64,000 bases of DNA, from IMG/VR virus record IMGVR_UViG_3300015610_000633, positions 1 through 64,000 of that record; one strand, written 5' to 3'. The DNA is from a virus (lineage: Duplodnaviria; Caudoviricetes). Shown here one piece after another: positions 1 through 9,082 of this stretch. The translations under genes were made by a program, and so were the position numbers. Below the pieces are notes generated by a model. That model was given only the letters and a program-made list of their open reading frames with translations, searched no databases and had not been told where the DNA came from. Every line of letters begins with the position of its first letter. Position 1 is the first letter of the stretch.

Positions 1-12
1 TGAAATATCCCC

Positions 13-32
13 ACGTCTACCCGGTTAGACGT
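13..32. repeat. 20-bp palindrome copy 1
   Basis: ACGTCTACCCGGTTAGACGT on +; abuts the lysin stop codon. Confidence 0.97.
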
Positions 33-808
33 CAACCATCGCTTGCGCGACGTTTTGCGTCCAGTCGGTTGCGCATATCCTCAAGCGTTTGATCGGCCAT
101 GCGATCAAGGCTTTCGGTTATCCACATCTGAACCATATCATTCGCGATCACTCGCGATGTCTTAGGACCTTCGATCGTGATGCCCTCGGGTGATAGTACG
201 CCTTGTTCTATTTCGTCCGGTGTGCCCGCTAGCCAAACAAAATCACTATCCCGACCGTCAGGCAACCTTTCGCCACCATCACCGTCATATTGCCACATGA
301 GCCACCCTGTTGATTGCCACGGCTTCGGTATCAACGGCACCTTCACGCCATAGTGCGCCACCCAAAGATCCAACGTGGTCAACATCGATGTTGACGGGTT
401 GCCTAGCTTCGAGTGCCAAAAATCATAACACGTGTATAGGATCGGCTTGTAGCCTGCTGAGTTGAGCGCAACCAAAAACTTTTCAGCGCTCTTCACCGCT
501 TCGACAGGTCCACAACCTTCGAGTGTTTCGAAGTCAATGACCGGCCTTAGTCGTGTCTTTTTTATGCACTCGATAAACATATCAGCTTGCGTGTATGGGC
601 TATGATCGGCTTCAAAGAACCAATAACAACCCGTCAACAAGCTTGCGCTCTTTGCACCTTCGTTGTGATCGTTGAACGTACCGTCAAACTTTTCACCATG
701 ACCGCCCCTAGCGATCACGAAGTTCACATCATGACGTGCGACGTTAGCCCAATCAATGCCCCGCCCTTGCGCATAGCTGACGTCTATACCGCGCGTTAGC
801 TTGCTCAT
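32..808 (-). CDS. GH25 muramidase endolysin
   Basis: N-terminal GIDVSYAQG, IARGGHG, GCYWF, PVIDFE (DxE catalytic), LWVAHY and WQY..G motifs typical of glycoside hydrolase family 25. Confidence 0.88.
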   Translation of the reverse strand: MSKLTRGIDVSYAQGRGIDWANVARHDVNFVIARGGHGEKFDGTFNDHNEGAKSASLLTGCYWFFEADHSPYTQADMFIECIKKTRLRPVIDFETLEGCGPVEAVKSAEKFLVALNSAGYKPILYTCYDFWHSKLGNPSTSMLTTLDLWVAHYGVKVPLIPKPWQSTGWLMWQYDGDGGERLPDGRDSDFVWLAGTPDEIEQGVLSPEGITIEGPKTSRVIANDMVQMWITESLDRMADQTLEDMRNRLDAKRRASDG

Positions 809-2184
809 GGTGTTACCTCGGTCTTCTCGGTGATCGTCTGTTTACCGCGTCTTACAGTCCAATCGTCGGGATCGGTATCAAGTGCGATCGGCCATTCTCT
901 AAACCGATGTTTGAACACCTTACCGAGTTCGATCACGTTATGCCGTAGGGTCGGGTGAACTGTTTTGCCACTTCTCAGTTCCAGCATGTATACAAACGCA
1001 TCGGCTGGCATGCGTGTGATGTACTGAACCATGAAACCCATCGGGATCATGTACTGAAGTTCAACGCGCATATTGCCCCCTTCATTGCTTTCAACGCGCA
1101 TGTATTGATCCCATGTGTTTTGAACATCTGAAATCAACTTTCTGCCCTCGTCTTCAACGTGTTGCGGTAGTTCTTTCAAGTACCACGCGTGAAACCGTTT
1201 AGGAGTCAACAGGGGCATGGTGGGGGGCGTGTTTCGGTGCCGTTGAATGTCTCGGAACGAACCGAAATCAATCGGTATTGTCATTGTTATCGAAATCGTC
1301 TTACCCAACCAATGCGGGATGCGCGCCCTCGGTGGACGTTTCGACATCAAGTCATAAACACAACTAGCGTGTTTGATTTCTAGAAACTCTGAAGTCGAAG
1401 TAATGAACATATCCAACGGCTTCAACTCAAAATCTTCGTACTTGTACGCGTTCACCGTTTCAAACCACTTGAACTCTTCAACGTGCCGCTTCAAGTCATG
1501 CTCGAAACTTTCGGGAAACTTCTTCGCTAGCAACTCAAATGCATTTTGAGCAAGGTTGCGCACTTCAAGCAACGGGTGAAACGCGAGTTGAGACAGGTGA
1601 TCCCATGCAACGCGCAGTGATGTGTGCCAACTAAGATTCGTTGTAACACCCGCTGGCAACCATGCCCGCATGATGTCGAACGCCCTAGCCTTCACCGCTC
1701 GTTTATAGTCTTCAACATTCTCATCAACATTGATCGGGTGCTTCGCTGCTACCGAAGCTTCGACGATTTCAAGATGCTTTTCGTAGAACGATTTGCACCG
1801 GTTTTGCACACGGATAGCTTCACTATCTTCAACCCCTTCAAACACATACACCATCGGTTGTTCAACCATGTTGATGTAACGCGTTGATGTTTCTTGACCA
1901 TTGTACAGCGGGTGATCTTGTATGGCTTTCGCCGCTAGCATCGATACACCTTCAAAAAACAGTGTAACGGTGCCACAATCCGCAATTGATGGGTGACCAT
2001 AGCCCACATAATACTTGGCCATAAATCGGCCTGAACCGACACGCTGTACCTTTTTGTAATGCTCTTCTACACTCGCCGTTGAACGACTGTACAACGCTTG
2101 CAACATCGCGTTGTCTTGTTCGTTGATGCCTGTACCCAAAAACACCTTTGTTCGTTCGCTTACTACCTTCTTCGCTAGTTCCAT
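805..2184 (-). CDS. thyX: Flavin-dependent thymidylate synthase (long, duplicated-domain ThyX/Thy1 type)
   Basis: YYVGYGHPSIADC, GQETSTRY, FRDIQRHR and YMLELRS motifs; 459 aa is the long two-domain form; GGAGG RBS upstream. Confidence 0.8.
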   Translation of the reverse strand: MELAKKVVSERTKVFLGTGINEQDNAMLQALYSRSTASVEEHYKKVQRVGSGRFMAKYYVGYGHPSIADCGTVTLFFEGVSMLAAKAIQDHPLYNGQETSTRYINMVEQPMVYVFEGVEDSEAIRVQNRCKSFYEKHLEIVEASVAAKHPINVDENVEDYKRAVKARAFDIMRAWLPAGVTTNLSWHTSLRVAWDHLSQLAFHPLLEVRNLAQNAFELLAKKFPESFEHDLKRHVEEFKWFETVNAYKYEDFELKPLDMFITSTSEFLEIKHASCVYDLMSKRPPRARIPHWLGKTISITMTIPIDFGSFRDIQRHRNTPPTMPLLTPKRFHAWYLKELPQHVEDEGRKLISDVQNTWDQYMRVESNEGGNMRVELQYMIPMGFMVQYITRMPADAFVYMLELRSGKTVHPTLRHNVIELGKVFKHRFREWPIALDTDPDDWTVRRGKQTITEKTEVTP

Positions 2185-2207
2185 GGTGGTCTTACCTCCG
2201 ACTCACC

Positions 2208-2217
2208 ATAATGCAGC
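2208..2217 (-). promoter_or_regulatory. GCTGCATWAT promoter motif (thyX)
   Basis: GCTGCATTAT on the coding strand upstream of thyX. Confidence 0.65.
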
Positions 2218-2218
2218 T

Positions 2219-2638
2219 TCAACCCCTAGCGGTGATCGGCTTCCATTGCTGAACCAACTGTTTATATTGTTCAGCTAGCCAACGCCTTATTGCAGGTTCT
2301 TCGGCTTGGGTTGCCTGTATGTCGAAATAAATAACCCGCCCTAGTTTGAGTTGAACAACGATCAACTGAAGTTTGTTATTAGGTAGCCATTGATAACGAA
2401 CCACTAGGTTCAGTTCAGTTTCATGCAATGACTTAGACCAAAGTGATCGGCCGAAATCATCCCATGACTTGAACGAAATAAGAGCGCTTTCGTTGTCGGT
2501 GTTTTCGCAACGAAACGGGAACTCGACCTTGAGTTGATATAGGGGAACTTTGACCACGATCCCCACTATACACGTTTCACATCTTAGAGCCAGGCTTACC
2601 CATCGGTTCAGCGAACGGATCACGGTGCAAGTGAGCAA
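2219..2638 (-). CDS. Hypothetical protein (start uncertain)
   Basis: Open frame on the coding strand filling the gap upstream of thyX; no clear ATG. Confidence 0.45.
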   Translation of the reverse strand: MLTCTVIRSLNRWVSLALRCETCIVGIVVKVPLYQLKVEFPFRCENTDNESALISFKSWDDFGRSLWSKSLHETELNLVVRYQWLPNNKLQLIVVQLKLGRVIYFDIQATQAEEPAIRRWLAEQYKQLVQQWKPITARG

Positions 2639-2849
2639 GCGCGAACTTGTTGATCCATGATCTCACGTTCCCGGTTGTGCATGTGGTTTGCCATTCTGTG
2701 TTGCACTTATCACACACAGCGAAGATCTTTTGTGGTGCAGGCGCGCCTATAGAATCGGCTTCGCGAGCTTCCCACCCCCCTCGAACATGTAGCGCGAAGT
2801 TTGGCGTATACGTTCCAACTACTGAGTCAGGAAGTTTCAAAAATCCCAT
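2577..2849 (-). CDS. Small hypothetical protein, possible Zn-binding (CDKC ... HLH)
   Basis: ATG start, tight packing with neighbours, CxxC plus HxH. Confidence 0.55.
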   Translation of the reverse strand: MGFLKLPDSVVGTYTPNFALHVRGGWEAREADSIGAPAPQKIFAVCDKCNTEWQTTCTTGNVRSWINKFALAHLHRDPFAEPMGKPGSKM

Positions 2850-3409
2850 GCGAGTTGCCGTTTCTCAATCTTCGTTGAAACCACCGGTTGTTGAACGTCT
2901 ACCCGGTTAGACGTGGGTTCACTATCAACCCAATCAAGTTCACAAACGCGCGCATACAAGCCTTGTGCGACTCGTTCACGCATCGGTACAGCCAACCATG
3001 CATCATCGATTGCAGGGCCATGGTGTGGTGCTTGGTAAAGCCTCGCCATAGCGATCGCGGGTACTTCAACTTCTGCCATACGAACCACCGATCTCGACCG
3101 ATGATCGTAGAACATCAAGTCAACGATCGAAGTGACTACCGTGTTGATGTTGATCGTCTTCTCACCATTGACGATCCTAGCTTCTATCGGGCTTGAGTTG
3201 CGATGAATCTTTGTGACCACCACCGGGCTCGTAGCGTCACGACTAGGCACCAACACAATGCAAGTCGGTGGTGTCAAGCTCGGGTTCCATTGCCACGATC
3301 GCAAGTTCTTACGTCGGGTTTCACTCTCGGTATACGCTCGAACGTGTGGCAGTTTCCAAAGTCGTTCAGCGGGTGCTTCGTTAGACTTTGGGTGCAGTGG
3401 CCTTCGCAT
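2837..3409 (-). CDS. Hypothetical protein containing an in-frame copy of the 20-bp palindrome (TSNRVDV)
   Basis: 190-aa ORF on the coding strand overlapping its neighbours. Confidence 0.6.
   Translation of the reverse strand: MRRPLHPKSNEAPAERLWKLPHVRAYTESETRRKNLRSWQWNPSLTPPTCIVLVPSRDATSPVVVTKIHRNSSPIEARIVNGEKTININTVVTSIVDLMFYDHRSRSVVRMAEVEVPAIAMARLYQAPHHGPAIDDAWLAVPMRERVAQGLYARVCELDWVDSEPTSNRVDVQQPVVSTKIEKRQLAWDF
2895..2914. repeat. 20-bp palindrome copy 2 (intragenic)
   Basis: Exact match; read as TSNRVDV. Confidence 0.97.
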
Positions 3410-3698
3410 GATTCAACTCATTCTCTAGTTGTTCGATTCGTACACGCGCTTCATCGTACGCTTTAGACAGTTCACGGTGTTGGGTATCCAACTTTTTGAT
3501 CGCCTTGTCTTTACCCTCGATAGCCTTGTTTTGTTCTTCGATCGCTGCGCGTTGCGCTTTGGTGATCTGTACAAGTTCTTTGATTCGTTGGCTGTATTCA
3601 GAAGCTACCGATCGCGCCGCTCGCACAATCAACGTATGTGCATCGATCAACGATTCACCTGCCAATGGTTGTTCAAAGTCTTCAAGCGTTTTCATCAT
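3381..3698 (-). CDS. Coiled-coil hypothetical protein
   Basis: Heptad-rich helical sequence; 4-bp overlap with the upstream ORF. Confidence 0.6.
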   Translation of the reverse strand: MMKTLEDFEQPLAGESLIDAHTLIVRAARSVASEYSQRIKELVQITKAQRAAIEEQNKAIEGKDKAIKKLDTQHRELSKAYDEARVRIEQLENELNHAKATAPKV

Positions 3699-3937
3699 GG
3701 CTTCAACTCAACCTTCGCAATAGTTTCGTTGATGTTTGCAAGAAACCGAAGCAACTGCTTCACGTTGTATTCACCCGATGTACTTAGAATGATCTTATCG
3801 GGCAAATGTTCGAGGGCCATTTTCAAGGTCGGAAAAAACCCGCTACCTTTCCAAGTACCCTTTTCATTGATGATTTCGATCTCGTAACACAAACCTTCGG
3901 CCTGTATTCTAACACCTTCCATGATGTGAATGATCAT
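3695..3937 (-). CDS. Hypothetical protein
   Basis: 4-bp stop/start overlaps on both sides. Confidence 0.6.
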   Translation of the reverse strand: MIIHIMEGVRIQAEGLCYEIEIINEKGTWKGSGFFPTLKMALEHLPDKIILSTSGEYNVKQLLRFLANINETIAKVELKP

Positions 3938-4344
3938 CGTTCAAGTACCCTTGCGCTCTCACGAAGTATCTTCGCGGTAAGGTAGATCGATCGCTCTTCG
4001 GTTGTGCGGGTAGTTGCTGCAAGTATGCCGAGTTCTTTCAAGGTGATGTGTATTGCACCTAGCGCATTATCAACGAAGATCTTTTCACTAGGTGTCAACA
4101 CATCAAACACTTCGTTGATCTTTGCTTCGCTCACTTCAGAAGGTGACAACATGAACTTGTGACCTTCGCGAAACTGCACAACGAAAACATCACTTGGCGT
4201 AGGTAGTTCGGGATTTGCATTAGGCGGGCATTCACCCGGTGCGAACACTTCAACCGGTTCACCAAAAACACCTGTTCGTTTGTGTATCACCAACTTACCG
4301 AGAAGGGCCGACACCAACACGGTTTTCAAAGTATTGTCGCTCAT
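3934..4344 (-). CDS. Hypothetical protein
   Basis: ATG start downstream of a GCTGCATAAT promoter motif; translationally coupled to the next gene. Confidence 0.6.
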   Translation of the reverse strand: MSDNTLKTVLVSALLGKLVIHKRTGVFGEPVEVFAPGECPPNANPELPTPSDVFVVQFREGHKFMLSPSEVSEAKINEVFDVLTPSEKIFVDNALGAIHITLKELGILAATTRTTEERSIYLTAKILRESARVLER

Positions 4345-4717
4345 TGCTCAAGATCTCCATTACGTTCGGGTCAACCGGTGCTTCGGTTGTCACCTGTTCA
4401 TTGACATTATGCAGCCTTACGGGCTCGCTAGCGCGCCAGTTGTTCAACAATGCGTCGGCAATACGATCGGGGTCGTGTTCGGGCTTTATATCAAGTTCTC
4501 GTTCACTCCATTCATACCCACGAAGCCACCCACTTTTGTAACTAGCTTCGGCAAGTTGAGTGCAAAACAATATCCATTCAATGCGGGTTGCTTTCGGGTT
4601 CATTTCAGCGAACACCGCAACGGCATCACCGAGGCGTTTAGGTGGGTTAGGCCCTTCGTAGAAGATGCCCTTGACCTTCTCATACAGTCGACGCAACCAA
4701 CGCGTGAACAAGGTCAT
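4295..4717 (-). CDS. Hypothetical protein at the end of the ParB/PAPS-reductase cassette
   Basis: 4-bp overlap with the upstream ParB-like gene. Confidence 0.6.
   Translation of the reverse strand: MTLFTRWLRRLYEKVKGIFYEGPNPPKRLGDAVAVFAEMNPKATRIEWILFCTQLAEASYKSGWLRGYEWSERELDIKPEHDPDRIADALLNNWRASEPVRLHNVNEQVTTEAPVDPNVMEILSNERQYFENRVGVGPSR
4406..4415 (-). promoter_or_regulatory. GCTGCATWAT promoter motif
   Basis: GCTGCATAAT about 60 nt upstream of ORF 3934..4344. Confidence 0.55.
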
Positions 4718-5346
4718 CTTAGAAGCTCCAAGAGTATCGATCCGCTCTTCTTGTTTTCGATCTTCGCTCGTTCAATCAACAACCGTTTTGCACGATCGCG
4801 TTGATCAACCGAATCGAACTCAATCGACAAGGTAACCGATTTCGCGAACTCGGTGATGTCACTACCGTCGGGTTCAATATCGGGCGGGCTCGCAACATCA
4901 ATGAACCGTTGTTTTTCATCAACGGTGAAACCCATATTTCTAACCTCGTCATCCAACAACCTCGATTCGTTATCCAGTTCAAGCAACAACTCACCTAGCT
5001 TGCGACTGTCGAACTCACCCACAACACGGTTCAACGCTACGTTCAACTTCTTCGCAGTGCGTTCATTCACATCAAGAATAATGCAAGGCACCTTACCCGG
5101 CTTCGTACCTTTCTCTTGATTGATTTCAAGGTATGCACGAAGGCGTTGGTGACCGCCTATCACGATCATGCCTTCGCGTTGAACTATTAGATTCTCAACC
5201 CAACCATGCGTACGAAGCGAAGTCTTCAACGCTTCAAGCATTACTTTCGCGATCTTGCGCGGGTTGTATGGTGCAGGGTTCAAAGAACCCGCGTCTACCA
5301 TCGTGATCTTGTGCGATTTGATCTCGTTCATTGTGTTGTAACCCAT
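4714..5346 (-). CDS. ParB/Srx-like domain protein
   Basis: LNPAPYNPRKI, IGGHQRLRA, LNVALNRVVGEFD; short C-terminal beta-helix-helix (RHH-like) segment. Confidence 0.82.
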   Translation of the reverse strand: MGYNTMNEIKSHKITMVDAGSLNPAPYNPRKIAKVMLEALKTSLRTHGWVENLIVQREGMIVIGGHQRLRAYLEINQEKGTKPGKVPCIILDVNERTAKKLNVALNRVVGEFDSRKLGELLLELDNESRLLDDEVRNMGFTVDEKQRFIDVASPPDIEPDGSDITEFAKSVTLSIEFDSVDQRDRAKRLLIERAKIENKKSGSILLELLR

Positions 5347-5846
5347 CCCTTGCCGTATGACTCTTTACCCATTGATTGAGGCCCCGGTGTTGTGTCGAGC
5401 ATGCGTTTCAACTCTTCGCGATCCATACCAAGAAACCGTTGGATCTGCTTATCATCCAACCCCGATTCACGAAGCGCTTGCGTGATGCTTGCCATCTTCA
5501 AAATGCCATGCTGACCCCTTGCCCTATTGTGCCGAACTGTTGAAGCCATGAGTTGCGCCTCGCTCTTATTTCGAAGCACAACAACAGGTACAAGGTTGTT
5601 TGAAACTTTGGCCACTTGTTGATCTGTTGTGGCCAACGTCCAGCGGTGAAACCCGTCTACTATTTCACCACTTTCACGAACAACGATCGGTTGTGTCCAA
5701 CCATCTTCAAGCAAGCTAGTCTTCAACAACTGAAGTTCAGGACCAAATACATGGTTGGGGTTGTAGTTGTTCGCGTGTAGCGTCTTCGGATCAACCCATT
5801 GCACACTTGCAATCGGGTGAATGTTCTCTTGTTTCTTCTTAGCCAT
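5328..5846 (-). CDS. ibrB: IbrB/YbdM-like ParB-domain protein
   Basis: ANNYNPNHV, GWTQPIVV, IVDGFHRW, STVRHNRARGQH; adjacent to an IbrA-like gene. Confidence 0.85.
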   Translation of the reverse strand: MAKKKQENIHPIASVQWVDPKTLHANNYNPNHVFGPELQLLKTSLLEDGWTQPIVVRESGEIVDGFHRWTLATTDQQVAKVSNNLVPVVVLRNKSEAQLMASTVRHNRARGQHGILKMASITQALRESGLDDKQIQRFLGMDREELKRMLDTTPGPQSMGKESYGKGWVTTQ

Positions 5847-5861
5847 GTTTTCGCGCTCCGT

Positions 5862-7040
5862 TCACTTCTTCACAATACGGTTGCCAGCGGGGCCAACATC
5901 ACCACGATGAAATAGACTGACGTCATACTGCGTTGATAGTCGAGCTTTGAAATCACCGGTTGTAACAATACGGTAGATCGATTGCCACGTTAGCCCCTTA
6001 CCGGTTTCGGGTACGTCTGCATTGTTCGTTGCTCGATTGTGCTTTGCGATCTCTCGCCTTATTCGTTGAGCTATGTGCTTGCGCTCTTCTATCGGCCATG
6101 TTTTCAGCTTCAACATAACCGCTTCTTGCCACGTAAGATCGGCGGGCTTGTCTGCACCTTGGCTTGACAAGTACAACGGGCTTCGACTGTATCGCGCCGC
6201 ACAAGCCACACCCGGTACGCGCTTCAACATCTTTTCAAAAAGTTCAGGCCAGCCTTGCGCATACATCCAAAGCATTTTCATCGGTTCTTGCCCGAACGGT
6301 GGTGCAACACGTTGTGTTGAAGGTGACATGCCTAGTTTGCTCATAACGTCATAAGCATGGTTATAGTCCCAACCTTCGAGATCGGCTGCTGTCCAAACAT
6401 CGAACGCACTCCAATCATAGATCGGTTTGCAATACATGATGTTTTTACCACTAGGCGCGGTATGAATCCAGTTATCTTCGAGCTTGCCCGATACAAGCCA
6501 CTTACGACGCCATGACTCAGCAGCGCGTATACCAAGAATCATGGCAACCCGGCCCCATGATTTCGGTATTACATAGGGGTTCATTTCGGGTATAGGCAAG
6601 CGCTCACTCGGTGCACCTTCGATCGTATGTATGCCTTCTGCGGGCATGACGTTACACCACAACTCGCGATCTTCGGGTGCCCATGGTGACCACCATGCCT
6701 GTTCAGTTGAACACCCGTTACGATGAAGCACGGGGTAACAATACCATCGCAAGTTGATATCAGGTGATTGTGCAACCCTTCGCACATAGTCGATTGTTTC
6801 GGGTACGATCGCTTCTTCATCCCAAAAAATCACATCAAGCGGCAACTGCTTACGCTCACGCGCTACCTTCAACGCGATGTTCAAACATGTTGTTGAATCT
6901 TTGCCACCACTGAACGAAACCACAACACGATCATAACAGTCGTATACGATATTCATTCGCTCAATCGCGAGTTGCATCACATCTTCTTCGACCGTTTTTT
7001 TCTTGTAATACGCTGCTGTTTTTTCTTTGAACAATGTCAT
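5862..7040 (-). CDS. ibrA: PAPS-reductase-family (PP-loop) protein, IbrA/YbdN (DUF3440) type
   Basis: VVVSFSGGKDS PP-loop, FWDEE, LGIRAAES..R, PIYDW..DVW, YNHAYD, QRVAPPF. Confidence 0.85.
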   Translation of the reverse strand: MTLFKEKTAAYYKKKTVEEDVMQLAIERMNIVYDCYDRVVVSFSGGKDSTTCLNIALKVARERKQLPLDVIFWDEEAIVPETIDYVRRVAQSPDINLRWYCYPVLHRNGCSTEQAWWSPWAPEDRELWCNVMPAEGIHTIEGAPSERLPIPEMNPYVIPKSWGRVAMILGIRAAESWRRKWLVSGKLEDNWIHTAPSGKNIMYCKPIYDWSAFDVWTAADLEGWDYNHAYDVMSKLGMSPSTQRVAPPFGQEPMKMLWMYAQGWPELFEKMLKRVPGVACAARYSRSPLYLSSQGADKPADLTWQEAVMLKLKTWPIEERKHIAQRIRREIAKHNRATNNADVPETGKGLTWQSIYRIVTTGDFKARLSTQYDVSLFHRGDVGPAGNRIVKK

Positions 7041-7060
7041 GGTTTCGCTCTCCGTTACTC

Positions 7061-7080
7061 ACGTCTAACCGGGTAGACGT
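7061..7080. repeat. 20-bp palindrome copy 3
   Basis: ACGTCTAACCGGGTAGACGT on +; between the cupin and ibrA-like genes. Confidence 0.97.
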
Positions 7081-7826
7081 CATGCACCGCGTGCACTTGG
7101 CAGCGTGCCGATATAGGTACGGTTCAACATCGGGTGATTTTGATCCGTTGGCCCCCAATCGCTATCAGGGTGAAACGCGATCACATCCATGGTTGAAGGT
7201 GGATCGCTTGTCGGTTCACCATCAGAACAATACCCAAGAACTCGTTCATCGGTTCTAAACGAATGGATCTCTTGTTCGTCCAGCAAGAACACATGGCCCT
7301 TGTTCAAAGGTCGCATCCAACCGACGTTGTTACCCGTAGCGGCTCGCCATACTTGACCACGCCCACCCGAAACAACACCCATACGGATCGATGGGTGGGT
7401 GTGCTGCGTTTGAACGATATCTTCGGGGAAGTGAAGATGGTTCAACACCGGATCACCCTGTCTTGCAGGCTGAACCAACATTGAATCACTACAACCGTCA
7501 ATGTACGAAAGTCGACCCTTCTTCTCAACCTTGCCGATGTTGCACATCGCGCGGTAACCGTAGCGGGTAAACAGTACGAGCAACCCCGATTCAATGCGTA
7601 TGTGAACCTGACCGGGTAGAGCGAAGTAACCCCCTTCGCGCAACATCGCTGTGATGTCATCACGTTCAGAACGAACCGAGCAAGTACCTTCAAGTACATA
7701 CCCGTATTGTGATTGATGCTCGACACCCAACACGTAGAAACCCGGCCCAAACACTTCGAGGGTTGACGGGTACATGGTATGTGATGCTTCGAACTTTACA
7801 CCCGGTTTCGCTATTTCGATCTTCAT
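7080..7826 (-). CDS. Cupin-fold protein with metal-binding His motifs
   Basis: HLHFP...QHTHPSIRMGVVSGGRG and LLDEQEIHSFRT match cupin motifs 1 and 2; the N-terminal half resembles a second beta-barrel. Confidence 0.65.
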   Translation of the reverse strand: MKIEIAKPGVKFEASHTMYPSTLEVFGPGFYVLGVEHQSQYGYVLEGTCSVRSERDDITAMLREGGYFALPGQVHIRIESGLLVLFTRYGYRAMCNIGKVEKKGRLSYIDGCSDSMLVQPARQGDPVLNHLHFPEDIVQTQHTHPSIRMGVVSGGRGQVWRAATGNNVGWMRPLNKGHVFLLDEQEIHSFRTDERVLGYCSDGEPTSDPPSTMDVIAFHPDSDWGPTDQNHPMLNRTYIGTLPSARGA

Positions 7827-8521
7827 GGTTTTCGCTCCGTTGATTGTTCAAGTGCCCAAAGTATGGCTTCCGGGGTTGTACTAACACCCGCTTGTTTTTT
7901 CGCATTCTTCAACGCATCGTAGAACCGTTTTTTCAACGTAGGTTCTAGAAAAAACGTTATTGTTTCACCTTCTTTGAAGCGTGATGTTGGTGCAGGTTTA
8001 GGCTTCGGTTCAGTCGATGATGGTTCGTTCAAAACGTCATCGAGAAACCCCGCAGAATCATACTTCAAAGCATCAACTTCTGCACCGCTAAACCCGGTCA
8101 CATCGGCCACCCATGACACACTTGAACCTTCACCTTGCAAGATATCGGTGATGTATTTTTCAAGCTCGTCTTTAGTCCAGTCAGCGCTTATTCGATTCAA
8201 AGAAAGTGCAAGCGCTTTAGCCTTGGTTTCGTCAGGTACTTCAACGATTGTCACGGGTACCGTTTTCTCACCTAGCTTACGCATAACTTCAACTCGGTGA
8301 TGTCCGTTCAATATCTCGATTTTGTCACCCATACGGCGCCCAACAATAGGTTCAACAAATCCAAGTTCTTTGATCGAAGACTCCAATATTTCACCCATGC
8401 GTTGACGCATTCGGCGCGGGTTACCATATTGAAACGCCGTAATGTTTTCGATGTTTGCATGAACAAGCTCTACCACTCGCGACACCGTTACCGGTGCCTC
8501 ATTCTTCGGTTTTCGCGCCAT
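7823..8521 (-). CDS. ParB/Srx-like domain protein
   Basis: GNPRRM, LGFVEPIV, ILNGHHRV, LSLNRISADW, TGFS..EV; same architecture as 4714..5346. Confidence 0.8.
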   Translation of the reverse strand: MARKPKNEAPVTVSRVVELVHANIENITAFQYGNPRRMRQRMGEILESSIKELGFVEPIVGRRMGDKIEILNGHHRVEVMRKLGEKTVPVTIVEVPDETKAKALALSLNRISADWTKDELEKYITDILQGEGSSVSWVADVTGFSGAEVDALKYDSAGFLDDVLNEPSSTEPKPKPAPTSRFKEGETITFFLEPTLKKRFYDALKNAKKQAGVSTTPEAILWALEQSTERKP

Positions 8522-8552
8522 GCTGGCACGTTATCACGTTGTGTAATGTTGG

Positions 8553-9080
8553 CTACGTCAACAAGCAATCGGTCGGTTGAACCAACTCGAAAAACTTCAC
8601 CGCATCATAAACGATCGGATACCAGTCGTTTGCTTGAAGATGCTTGCTTACATCGAAGAACTCACACACCAACGCCGAAGTAAGATCCACGTTCAATACT
8701 GCCAAGTTTGTTTGAGATATCATCAACCACCACGGTTTGCGATTGCGCCGAAACAACATCATCGGGGTCACGTTCATTTCATGCGCTTGTGTACATGCTT
8801 GATGCCACCATGCCCACACCGGCGACTTGCGACCGTTCATGAAGTTCGACTCGCTCCAACCTTCACGCCGTTTCACTTCAACACTAAACGGGAACGATTG
8901 CGCGGTGGTCATCACATCACCCGAAGCCTTGAACGCGCTTCGTACATTCGCAGTTGACCACCCACCACTGGCCGGGGTTTTCACAAACTGACAATCTTCG
9001 TATTGTGACCACCAACTTTGAAGCATCTTAGACACTTCACGTTCAGCCACACCGCCCTTCACTTTGCCGTTGATTGCCAT
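8553..9080 (-). CDS. Holliday junction resolvase-like PD-(D/E)XK nuclease
   Basis: KGGVAERE, GD...SVEVKRRE, WWHQA, PMMLFRRNRKPW. Confidence 0.72.
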   Translation of the reverse strand: MAINGKVKGGVAEREVSKMLQSWWSQYEDCQFVKTPASGGWSTANVRSAFKASGDVMTTAQSFPFSVEVKRREGWSESNFMNGRKSPVWAWWHQACTQAHEMNVTPMMLFRRNRKPWWLMISQTNLAVLNVDLTSALVCEFFDVSKHLQANDWYPIVYDAVKFFELVQPTDCLLT

Positions 9081-9082
9081 GG

